From contig CP147779.1 of NCBI GenBank assembly GCA_037308085.1, positions 704,001 to 768,000 of the forward strand: DNA of 64,000 nucleotides, written 5' to 3'. Of this stretch, positions 9,891-18,675 are shown piece by piece. Position numbers and translations under genes: made by a program. Position 1 is the stretch's first letter, and every line of letters starts with the position of its first letter. A model generated the notes under the pieces. That model was given only the letters and a program-made list of their open reading frames with translations, had not been told where the DNA came from and did no database searches. The DNA comes from Promethearchaeati archaeon SRVP18_Atabeyarchaeia-1. GTDB taxonomy: Archaea; Asgardarchaeota; Atabeyarchaeia; Atabeyarchaeales; Atabeyarchaeaceae.

Positions 9891-10166
9891 CTATCTCCCC
9901 CTTCCTTTAGCTTTTCCTTTGGCATGCTCCGGGAAGGGTTTCCTGGCCTCCTTGGCTGGCTTAGCCTCATGCATTCCGTGTTCCTTGTGCTCCTCGCCAT
10001 GCATTCCGTGTTCCTTGTGCTCCTCGCCATGCATTCCGTGTTCCTTGTGCTCCTCGCCATGCATTCCAGGTCCCCTATGCTTCTCACCATGCATCCCTGC
10101 TCCTTCTTTTACTTCTTCAGGCTCTTCTTTCTCGACTTCCGTATCTTCCTCTTCTTCTTCTCCCAA
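9891..10166 (-). CDS. Small acidic/His-Met-rich tandem-repeat protein, probably disordered and metal binding
   Basis: Strong SD GGAGGTGA upstream of the TTG start; (GMHGEEHKEH)x3 plus degenerate copies; T-tract downstream. Confidence 0.7.
   Translation of the reverse strand: MGEEEEEDTEVEKEEPEEVKEGAGMHGEKHRGPGMHGEEHKEHGMHGEEHKEHGMHGEEHKEHGMHEAKPAKEARKPFPEHAKGKAKGRGR
9968..10095. repeat. 30-bp coding tandem repeat, 3 perfect copies plus 1-2 degenerate copies
   Basis: gcattccgtgttccttgtgctcctcgccat at 9971, 10001 and 10031; degenerate unit at 10061. Confidence 0.95.
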
Positions 10167-10678
10167 GTTTGGCTTTCACCTCCTAAAGGATTTGAGCAAT
10201 CAACTATCGGCGCTTCTTGTTTATCAAATGCACCTATCTATTGACAGTCCCATTAATGAATAGTGTGGGATTCTTGCTTCCTGTTGAGCCTTCATGACGG
10301 GTCTTGTTCAGACAAAACCACAATGAGCCATCTCTACCTATTCCGTTCTCAGGTACGTTTTGTCTCTTCTCTTTACTTTTCAAAACAAGTCTGCCCGAAG
10401 CCTAGCGTGAGTTACCCCTCCCAATTCATTATAACTCTACTGGCACAGTAGATAGTCATAACTCCGTCGGTAGGCGCGTTTGGCGAAGTCAAGGGTTTGG
10501 AGGGTCGCATGAGACAACTCCAAGCTGCAAGCCCACCACCCCACGCGGTTGGTAACTGACCAGTCTTCAAAGTGGAACAGAACCATGAAGCATACAGGCG
10601 CCAAGACGATCATACGGGAAACAAAGATTAAATATGAAACCAAGCAGAAACTACATGTCAGAATGCGAAGAGTAATGC

Positions 10679-10780
10679 GGGGCCGTAGTCCAGACCCTAG
10701 GTCTAGTTGCCTGGCTGGAATGGTAAGATGCCTCCCCGGGGCGGAGGTGATCGTGGGTTCAAATCCCACCGGTCCCACCA
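10679..10780 (+). tRNA. tRNA-Pro(GGG) with a 25-nt D-loop intron (10696-10720) and encoded CCA
   Basis: Acceptor GGGGCCG/CGGTCCC+ACCA; anticodon stem CCTCC/GGAGG with loop CCGGGGC; T-arm GTGGG-TTCAAAT-CCCAC; BHB with central helix CCAG/CTGG and bulges ACC and AAT. Confidence 0.92.
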
Positions 10781-11038
10781 CTTTCCGTGTTGACTGGTTC
10801 TCTCGGCACCGGTCATCCTCTCACTTACGCAAGGAAGCTTCTAAGCTTTCTCTATTAGAAGGAGAGAGACTAGGTTTGAGTATCCTAGCGCAGATGAGAG
10901 GGAGCTCCCTTCGTCAAAGAAACTTTATTAGTCCTTGTCGATCGTTCACTTCTCTTGGCAGAGCTTCCGCTTAATATCCCGATGATCCCGTGTCGGTTAC
11001 ATGTGCAAGATTAGTCAGATTGTTGGGTGATCAGATAG

Positions 11039-12250
11039 ATGGTGAAAAGTGTTCGCTTGTTTCTGTACGCGACTGATGATGAGATCAAGAAATGTGAAAC
11101 GGCTGACATCTACCTATTCAGAACCAAGGAGATACTTGAGAGAAAGGGGCTAGCCGACAAGAAGGTCGTCGTCGAGGTGACCACGGGGGAACTCCCTGAC
11201 GCGATTGAGTGGGGAGTCTTGTGTGGTGTCGGCGAGGTTGCCAGGCTTCTTGAAGGTTTGCCAATAAACGTCTACTGCATGCGCGAGGGAACTATCTTCC
11301 ATTCAAGAGACTACGAAGGCATAAGGGCCCCAGTAATCGTGGTTGAAGGAGCCTTCTCGAAGTTTGTCTTATATGATACCTCAATGCTGGGTCTGATCTG
11401 CCAGTCATCAGGCATCGCTACTAGAACCGCCAGACTCCGGAAGATCATTGGAAAAGACAAATCCCTTCAGAGTTTTGGAATAAGGAGGATGCATCCAGCC
11501 ATTTCTCCGCTAATTGACTACGCCGCTTACATTGGGACCGCAGATGGAGTCAGCGGCGTCGCGGGTGCGCACCTCATCGGGATTGAGCCATCGGGCACAA
11601 TTCCTCACACTCTGATTCTCTTATTCTACGATGCTTTCGGTAGTCAGGTTGCGGCCTGGAAGGCTTTCGACGAGATCATGCCGCCTGAAGTTCCTAGGGT
11701 CGCTCTTTGCGACACTCTGTATGATGAGAAGATCGAGTCTCTCATGGCGGCTGAGGCACTGGGGAAGCGCTTGGCGATGGTCAGACTTGATACTGTTGGG
11801 AGCCGCAGAGGCAACATGCCTGACATTGTAAGGGAAGTTCGGCATGAGCTTGATCTCAGAGGATACAATCACGTCAAAATAATGGTTTCAGGGGGCCTGA
11901 ATGAGCAGTCAGTCAAAGAGCTCGCTCAGCTCGCTGATGGGTTCGGTGTGGGTACCTACATCAGTAATTCTCCGACGGTTGATTTTTCTTTCGACATCGT
12001 TGAAATCGAAGGCAAGCCCATTGCCAAGCGTGGCAAGGTGTCGGGCAAGAAACAAGTGTACCGGTGTCCGAACTGCTACATTGACTTGGCTGCCCCATTC
12101 GGCAGGTCACCCGCATGCCCAAGATGCCAAGGAAAGATGGAACCACTACTACTGCCTCTGATCAAAGAGGGAAAGGTTGTCGCGAAACTACTAAGCGCAC
12201 GGGAAATAAGGGAACAGGTGCTGAAGCAACTCGGAAAAGTGCCCCTGTGA
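11039..12250 (+). CDS. pncB: Nicotinate phosphoribosyltransferase (archaeal type, C-terminal Zn ribbon)
   Basis: TADIYL.RT, SFGIRRMHP, GTIPH, VRLDT.GSRRG, VSGGL, DGFGVGT. Confidence 0.9.
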   Translation: MVKSVRLFLYATDDEIKKCETADIYLFRTKEILERKGLADKKVVVEVTTGELPDAIEWGVLCGVGEVARLLEGLPINVYCMREGTIFHSRDYEGIRAPVIVVEGAFSKFVLYDTSMLGLICQSSGIATRTARLRKIIGKDKSLQSFGIRRMHPAISPLIDYAAYIGTADGVSGVAGAHLIGIEPSGTIPHTLILLFYDAFGSQVAAWKAFDEIMPPEVPRVALCDTLYDEKIESLMAAEALGKRLAMVRLDTVGSRRGNMPDIVREVRHELDLRGYNHVKIMVSGGLNEQSVKELAQLADGFGVGTYISNSPTVDFSFDIVEIEGKPIAKRGKVSGKKQVYRCPNCYIDLAAPFGRSPACPRCQGKMEPLLLPLIKEGKVVAKLLSAREIREQVLKQLGKVPL

Positions 12251-12278
12251 GGTACGCGTCTCCCCCTGAGAGCCCAGG

Positions 12279-13352
12279 CTAGAGATCCCAGTAGCTCGAC
12301 TGAATTCTTTTGACTTCCTTCAGCAGCCTCTCGACGTAGCCTTTAACCCGTTCATCAGGATTTGGCTGTGGGTCATTCACTTCCATCTTAATGCCTGTGA
12401 GCTGGGAGAGAACGCTTAGTATGCAACCAGGCAGAGCCTCCAGACTATACCCACCTTCCAGCGTGACAACGAGTCTTCCGGCGCAGAGCTCATCCGCTAG
12501 GTCCATGGCAACCCTCATTATTTCTCTGTAGGTGGTAGCAGTCAACTGCAGTGATGATATTGGATCAAGGTGATGCGCATCAAACCCATTTGACACAAGG
12601 ACTATCTGCGGTTTGTACTCTCTTGCAATGGGAACAGCAATTTCATTTACGGCCTTCAGGTAAGACTCATGGCCTGTGAGAGGCGGCAGCGGCACATTGA
12701 CTGTATACCCTTCGCCTTCTTTTTCACCAACCTCATCTTGAAACCCTGTTCCAGGATACAGTGTTCTTCCGTCTTGATGGAAGCTGATGTACAAGACGTA
12801 CTGTTTATCATAGAAGATGTCCTGCGTACCATTTCCATGGTGGCAATCGCAATCAAGTATCAGTATTCTATCGTATTTTTTCTCTGAGTGTAGTTGCTCC
12901 GCCAAAACTGCAATATTGTTGAAGAAGCAGAACCCACGTGCCGAAGTTGCGTTCGCATGGTGTCCAGGCGGTCTAACCATCGCATAAGCGTTCCTTGCCT
13001 TACCGCCAACCACCTCTTCCCCGGCAAGCAGTATACCACCGACTGCCAAGAGAGCGGCTTCATATGTTCCCAACGAAGCAGGTGTGTCCGGATCAGCATA
13101 GGAGCCGCTAGCAGAGATCTTCTTCACAAAATCGATGTGGGACCTCGGGTGGACTCTCAGGATGGCTTTTTCAGAGTTGTCCATAGAGGGTTCAAGAAGT
13201 CTAATAGCCTCATCCTGTCCGAGCAGCCCACTTTCCTTGATAGCCTTCATCATGACTTCTAGCCTTTGCCTAGACTCCGGGTGACCTGCCCCAGTGTCAT
13301 GGTTCAGATACTTCGCGTGGTAGATTAGGGCAGTGTTCATCTTATCTGGCAT
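12279..13352 (-). CDS. Zn-dependent histone deacetylase/AcuC/AphA family protein
   Basis: HPES..RL, RPPGHHA, GFCFFNN, DCDCHHGNGTQ, GFDAH..DP, LEGGY. Confidence 0.93.
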   Translation of the reverse strand: MPDKMNTALIYHAKYLNHDTGAGHPESRQRLEVMMKAIKESGLLGQDEAIRLLEPSMDNSEKAILRVHPRSHIDFVKKISASGSYADPDTPASLGTYEAALLAVGGILLAGEEVVGGKARNAYAMVRPPGHHANATSARGFCFFNNIAVLAEQLHSEKKYDRILILDCDCHHGNGTQDIFYDKQYVLYISFHQDGRTLYPGTGFQDEVGEKEGEGYTVNVPLPPLTGHESYLKAVNEIAVPIAREYKPQIVLVSNGFDAHHLDPISSLQLTATTYREIMRVAMDLADELCAGRLVVTLEGGYSLEALPGCILSVLSQLTGIKMEVNDPQPNPDERVKGYVERLLKEVKRIQSSYWDL

Positions 13353-13374
13353 AAGTATCATCTGGGGGAAGCTC

Positions 13375-14760
13375 TTACAAGGCAGTCCTCCGGTCTTTTT
13401 CTTCGAGTGTCCGCTTGACTGCCCGGTCTATGATCTCGCCGGTCTTTCCAAGGTACTCGTCTGGGTTCAAGGCGTCCTCGATATCCTTTTCAGAGAGATA
13501 CGATCTCACAGTCCTGTTTTCGGCAAGAACTTGTTTGAAAGGCTTCTTCGTTCTTATGGAGTTCATTGCACACTGCCTCACTAATTCATGCGCGTCTTGC
13601 CGGCCCATTCCCTTCTTTGCGATGAGGAGTGTGATGCTCTCCGACATTATCAGTCCTTGTCCCAGCTCCAGATTCCTTTCCATATTATCCTTCTGAATAG
13701 TAAGTCCCATGAGTATCTTCGTCATGGTTCTCAGCATTTCATCCATCAGTATGCATGATTGCGGGATAATGAATCTCTCATTAGCCGAGTTCGTTAGATC
13801 GCGCTCATGCCAAAGCGGGATGTTCTCAAGCGAGACTATAACGAGTGATCGCATAAGCTTAGCTAAGCTGCATACTCTTTCACATTTCACAGGGTTAACC
13901 TTGGCGGGCATGGTCGAGGAACCGACCTGCTTATCCATCCGGAAAGGCTCCACAAGTTCCTGTATCTCCGTTCTCTGAAGGTTACGGACTTCCGTGGCAA
14001 ACTTATCCAGTGACGAAGCTATCAACGCCAACAGTGAGATGAATTCCGCATGTCTATCTCTCTGCACAATCTGGGTGGAGACTTCCACTGGCTTCAGGCC
14101 AAGCTCATCCATAACCATCTCTTGGATTTCAAACATCTTGGAGCCAAATCCAGCTCCGGTTCCAACTGCCCCCGACATCTTGCCAACCAGTATCCTCTCC
14201 CTGCATTGGCTGAGCCTCTGAACATGTCGCGATATTTCCCTCATCCAGACGGCGAACTTCAATCCCAAGGTGATTGGAGCAGCATGAATGCCATGTGTGC
14301 GCCCGGCCATTGCCTGATCCTTGTACTTCACAGACAGATCGATAAGGATTGACTCGAGTTCAACTATCTCCTGAAGAATGATCGTGAAAGCATCCCGTAT
14401 CTGTAGGGCGAGCGCTGTGTCTTCGATATCGTAGCTCGTCGCCCCGAAGTGAACCCACTTGCCACTCTCTCCGCAAACCTCAGAGAGTGCTCTTACCATC
14501 GCCATGAGGTCGTGGTCGATCTCCTTCTCAATGGCCTTTACCCTTTCAAGTTTCACCAGATCTGTAGAAGCTTTCTTCTCAATTTCATCTGCCGCTTCGA
14601 CGGGGATGTTCCCTACTTTGGCGTTAGCCTTAGCCAGGGCTGCCTCGACGAGAAGCCACTTCTGAAGCCTGTTCTCCTCATTGAATATTCTGCGTATCTC
14701 TTCCGAGCCATATCTCCCAGAGTCTATAGGACAAATCGCCAAGGTTCTCTCAACCCTCAA
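13375..14760 (-). CDS. purB: Adenylosuccinate lyase
   Basis: HFGATSYD, GRTHGIHA, signature GSSTMPAKVNP, HERDLTNSANER. Confidence 0.95.
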   Translation of the reverse strand: MRVERTLAICPIDSGRYGSEEIRRIFNEENRLQKWLLVEAALAKANAKVGNIPVEAADEIEKKASTDLVKLERVKAIEKEIDHDLMAMVRALSEVCGESGKWVHFGATSYDIEDTALALQIRDAFTIILQEIVELESILIDLSVKYKDQAMAGRTHGIHAAPITLGLKFAVWMREISRHVQRLSQCRERILVGKMSGAVGTGAGFGSKMFEIQEMVMDELGLKPVEVSTQIVQRDRHAEFISLLALIASSLDKFATEVRNLQRTEIQELVEPFRMDKQVGSSTMPAKVNPVKCERVCSLAKLMRSLVIVSLENIPLWHERDLTNSANERFIIPQSCILMDEMLRTMTKILMGLTIQKDNMERNLELGQGLIMSESITLLIAKKGMGRQDAHELVRQCAMNSIRTKKPFKQVLAENRTVRSYLSEKDIEDALNPDEYLGKTGEIIDRAVKRTLEEKDRRTAL

Positions 14761-14851
14761 ACTTCATGCGAATCAGTCGTTTCCTCAGCCAAATCGCGAG
14801 ACGACAGCTCTCCAGGCACAGTCTCTACTGTACGCCTCCTTTTGAAAAGCT

Positions 14852-17800
14852 TTACTCCTTGTCCCTGTCTTCTTCGAGAGTTAGAAGCTGCTGTTGTGAT
14901 TCCTTCGGTCTCCCCGATTTCAGGTTGCTCCATTCTGATTCTTCAAGCGTCACCCCAACTTGCTCGTAGATGCTCTTGGCGATCTCGCGTCCGATAGTCG
15001 GTATTGAGAGAAGCTGGGAAGGCTTTGAATTCCTTAGGTCACCAACAGTCTTGAAACCGGCGTTGAACAGCATTCTCGCTCTCACCCTGCCTATCCCCTT
15101 CAAGTTCACGAGCTCAAGCAGTTCCTCCTTTACTCCTTCCACGATACGTCTTCTCAGATTCATCGCAAGCGGTAACACATCCTTCCTGCCTAGGAGTTTT
15201 GCGATCTCATAGGTTGAGTAGAGAAGCCAATCCGCTGATTCCACATATCTGAAAATATCTCCTGAGCCAACATCGAAGTTCTCGATGATGCCCTCTTCAG
15301 GGGACTCCTCCATCCATGACAATAGTAACCGAGTCGTCTTGACTTCCGAGAGGAACTGTTCATACTCCACCGGATTGCTCCAAGGATCAGGGACATCCAC
15401 AAGGAATTCGCTGACCGACTCATCCACGAAGGACTCCATCTCCTTGTAGTCCTTCCTTCTCAGGAAAATTGGCTCCATGTCAGGAGTGTGACACATCATG
15501 TGAATCACGCCGATTGCCGTCTTGATCCTGCTACTCTGTATGCTATCTCTAATGATCACAGCCGACTTCGGATCGATGTACAGTTCAGACACCCTGCTCC
15601 CAAAGGGGGTTGCCGCTAATCTTCTTCCCCTCGACTCCTTGAGCATGTTCTCGGAAACCAGAAACTCCAGGACAGTCTCAATCACACCTTCGATGTCCTT
15701 AGGATCATATTGATGACCATAGAAGGTCCTGCCGATGAAACTCAGGATTTCCTCTTGGCTGTTTGCCAGACCCATAGCTACAGACGAAAGAATGTGCGAC
15801 CTGAGGACCGACTCCTTACCAAGCTTCGACCATATCTTCTCAGGCTCCCCGTAAACGTACGTTTCAAGCAGAGTCGCCCGCTCCTCATGCCCGCGCGCAA
15901 CCAGAACAGCCTCACCAATCCTGTCATACTTCGGCCTACCCGCCCTCCCAGCCATCTGCTTATACTCCAAGACCGGGATCGGGTAATACCCAAGACCAGT
16001 CTCATACCTCCTATAATTATCAATTATCACCATTCTAGCAGGAAGATTAACGCCGGCAGAGTTGTGGACTATGAAGCCATTTGCCACAAACATATGATCG
16101 TTTTCGGGTGTGTCTGGCAAAGCCACATCATAAACGTATGAATCTTGCTTGCTATTGCCTATTCTCTTGATGAAATCCCAATAAATATCTCCTTGAAAGT
16201 CATTTGCACGCCATGTTCCACGTATTCTTTGCTCCAATCTGGTTCCACATTGTGGACAAGTTTCAGGCTTGAAGAACTCATCGATATCTCTATTCTGAGC
16301 GATATAGTTCGAGAAAATCCATTTTCCGATCGGATTAAGGCTCCAGAACCATTCGTTCTTGTCGATTGTGCCGATTCTTCTCTTACTAATTAGATGGTAA
16401 TGTTGATTGAGTCTTGTTTCGTTTTTCCTAGGTTCTCTCCCAAGAATATTTCTTATTTCTCTTGATCCTAGTTCTCCTCTTTCGCCCAAGAGTTTGATAA
16501 CCAAGAGTTTCGTTTTACCCCATTGTTTTTGGACTTTGGTTCTCCCAGTGAAAAGCGATCTGTGTATCTTGTAGCCGCACTCCCTGCAAGATACGTATAG
16601 AAGGTTAGCCTCTATTCTTGATACTAATGAGTCGATTTCTCTCTGCTTGGCTGCAACATGGAACCCGACATTTCTTCCAAAATCCACAATACAGCGCCCG
16701 TCAGCAATTATCAATTCATAACTTGGCTTGGTCGAGTATTCTTTCCCTGCGGTTTTGATTACTCTCCCTCTTCTTTTCCTGATCCAAGTGACTATCCCGA
16801 ATCTTAGAAGCAGTTTTTGAACTTGGTCAATAAGCTTTCTGGAGGTGTTAGCAAATCCTACGTTTCTTCCCTTATTGACATATCCGTCGCTATCAAACAA
16901 CCCCTGCAGTAAGCTACCTATGTTTCTCTTGCTCATTGACATGAGCTCATTGTTGATGTACTTGTGTGAGCCTACTTCTACGCCGCATCGGACTAAGAAC
17001 TCTCTGAACCACTTGTTCTTGCCGAGTATGAGTTGAGGAGTTCCGTAGAAATTCACTGTTCTTCTACAACTAATTCCGAGTCTTGAACAAGTTTCTTCGA
17101 CATAAGGAAAGATCTCGGTCTTCGTGCCGACTATAGATGGGGTGCCCTTATAGTGAACCACCCCTCTCCATGTTTCAGCGCCTGAGTAACCATCTCCCAA
17201 CATTACGCCAAGGAAATATGATAATTCAGAGGAAAAGGCTAGGTCAGGGGATTCGGATCGATTATCAATAACGAAGTCGCTGATTGATGGTTGGCTAACT
17301 CTCTCTGTTTCCAAGTTTCGTACCGTAGCTATCTTGTCGGTCTCTCTTACTTCATTGGCAGGAATAACTAGTGGTCTAGTTCCACGCTTGATTAGGATCC
17401 TATGATTAGGGGTGACCTTGATAGAGCGACCTGACACTGATGATATCTCAACTAGAGGAGATGCAGAAGGGAGTCTGCTGATTTGCGAGGCTCTCACTTC
17501 GACTAGCTTGGTTCCGTTCAAGGCGTATAGGGGGTCGGAGGCGCGTAGTTCTGAGACCTCTGTTTCAGCCATTCCGTGCCATATCTTGGTGTCAGGTGAA
17601 AGGCAGAGTGTTGGGGTTGCGCATATGATCTTGACCTTGTTTTCCCTGAAGGCGGCCTCTATGATTCTCCGTTCTTGATACCTTAGGCCTGCGTGGTGGA
17701 ATGCAACGTTCCTTGATGTGAGCTCTGAGAGCATCTCAGTGACCTTGGTGACCTCGCCTGTTCTCAGGATCGAGTTTGATACCTGTTTGAGTGCTCTCTT

Positions 17801-18631
17801 CTCGGGAAGCGATATGATCGGGGCGGTGTGTTTGGCTATTCTGGATGCAAGATTCACGGACTTCTTTCTCGTGTCGGTGAATATGAGCACTTGCCCTCCA
17901 TCTCTCACCGCCTTCAACGCCAAGTCTATCGCTGCTACTCCAATCGTGTTTCGGATCTGCCTCTTCTCGCCATCGCCGAAATAGATCGCCCCTGAATCAT
18001 ATACGCCCTCCCTGAGCTTCACAGGTCGCCACCCGCTTGTTACGAGATCGGCTTTGAGCCACTTCGCTATCTCGTCAGAGTTGCTTATTGTGGCGCTCAG
18101 CGCAAGGACCTGCGCTGATGGGTTCAGCTGCATAAGCCTTGCAAGAACAACCTCGAGTGTAGGCCCTCTCTCATTCTCATTAATCAGGTGAACCTCGTCT
18201 GCAACTATCGTCGTCAGGCTACCCATCCAGTCAGCATGGTGGCGAATCAGCGAATCAACCTTCTCCGTCGTGGACACCACGAGATCAAAGTTGCGCAACC
18301 ACTGGTCCGAGCTATCCAGATCGCCGGTGGACTGCACAACCCGGACACCGATCTTCTCGTACTTCTTGAACTCCCTGTTCTTCTCGTCTGCCAGAGCCTT
18401 GAGCGGAACGAGGTAGATGGCCTTACCACCCGACTCCAATATCGATTTGACCATGCACAATTCTGCGACAAGCGTCTTACCCGACGCCGTAGGAACCGCT
18501 AGAACAAGGTTCTTACCTTCAAGAACCCCTTTCCTGATCGCATCTTCCTGAGGCGGATAGAGGTCCACATAACCCTCCTTCTCCAAGATGGCTTTGACTG
18601 ACTCGGGTACTGCTAGCTCACTGATCTTCAA
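14852..18631 (-). CDS. hel308: Hel308/Hjm Ski2-like DNA helicase containing one intein
   Basis: PTASGKT, DEVH, LSAT, FHHAGL, ATPTL|intein|SAGVNLPA, QMAGRAGRP, C-terminal HhH GIGRVRAR. Confidence 0.93.
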   Translation of the reverse strand: MKISELAVPESVKAILEKEGYVDLYPPQEDAIRKGVLEGKNLVLAVPTASGKTLVAELCMVKSILESGGKAIYLVPLKALADEKNREFKKYEKIGVRVVQSTGDLDSSDQWLRNFDLVVSTTEKVDSLIRHHADWMGSLTTIVADEVHLINENERGPTLEVVLARLMQLNPSAQVLALSATISNSDEIAKWLKADLVTSGWRPVKLREGVYDSGAIYFGDGEKRQIRNTIGVAAIDLALKAVRDGGQVLIFTDTRKKSVNLASRIAKHTAPIISLPEKRALKQVSNSILRTGEVTKVTEMLSELTSRNVAFHHAGLRYQERRIIEAAFRENKVKIICATPTLCLSPDTKIWHGMAETEVSELRASDPLYALNGTKLVEVRASQISRLPSASPLVEISSVSGRSIKVTPNHRILIKRGTRPLVIPANEVRETDKIATVRNLETERVSQPSISDFVIDNRSESPDLAFSSELSYFLGVMLGDGYSGAETWRGVVHYKGTPSIVGTKTEIFPYVEETCSRLGISCRRTVNFYGTPQLILGKNKWFREFLVRCGVEVGSHKYINNELMSMSKRNIGSLLQGLFDSDGYVNKGRNVGFANTSRKLIDQVQKLLLRFGIVTWIRKRRGRVIKTAGKEYSTKPSYELIIADGRCIVDFGRNVGFHVAAKQREIDSLVSRIEANLLYVSCRECGYKIHRSLFTGRTKVQKQWGKTKLLVIKLLGERGELGSREIRNILGREPRKNETRLNQHYHLISKRRIGTIDKNEWFWSLNPIGKWIFSNYIAQNRDIDEFFKPETCPQCGTRLEQRIRGTWRANDFQGDIYWDFIKRIGNSKQDSYVYDVALPDTPENDHMFVANGFIVHNSAGVNLPARMVIIDNYRRYETGLGYYPIPVLEYKQMAGRAGRPKYDRIGEAVLVARGHEERATLLETYVYGEPEKIWSKLGKESVLRSHILSSVAMGLANSQEEILSFIGRTFYGHQYDPKDIEGVIETVLEFLVSENMLKESRGRRLAATPFGSRVSELYIDPKSAVIIRDSIQSSRIKTAIGVIHMMCHTPDMEPIFLRRKDYKEMESFVDESVSEFLVDVPDPWSNPVEYEQFLSEVKTTRLLLSWMEESPEEGIIENFDVGSGDIFRYVESADWLLYSTYEIAKLLGRKDVLPLAMNLRRRIVEGVKEELLELVNLKGIGRVRARMLFNAGFKTVGDLRNSKPSQLLSIPTIGREIAKSIYEQVGVTLEESEWSNLKSGRPKESQQQLLTLEEDRDKE
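16061..17605 (-). mobile_element. Intein (515 aa) with LAGLIDADG homing endonuclease in Hel308 motif V
   Basis: Starts CLSPDT, block B VTPNH, LAGLIDADG helices FLGVMLGDG and LQGLFDSDG, ends YVYDV...ANGFIVHN followed by Ser. Confidence 0.95.
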
Positions 18632-18675
18632 GAGTGTCGCTGACCTCTAACAAAACCTTCAGTGGCTCGGATTAC

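Noticed and set aside
9968-10095. Possible CRISPR array
   Set aside because: The 30-bp units are head-to-tail with no spacers, are in frame in a protein, and no cas genes are present in the window.
10263-10620. Small ORFs or a decayed gene upstream of the tRNA
   Set aside because: No recognisable motifs in any frame; left unannotated.
10437-10974. ORFs overlapping the tRNA
   Set aside because: Spurious frames across tRNA-Pro.
11039-13361. NAD-salvage plus deacetylase system
   Set aside because: The deacetylase is Zn-dependent rather than a sirtuin, and the genes are convergent.
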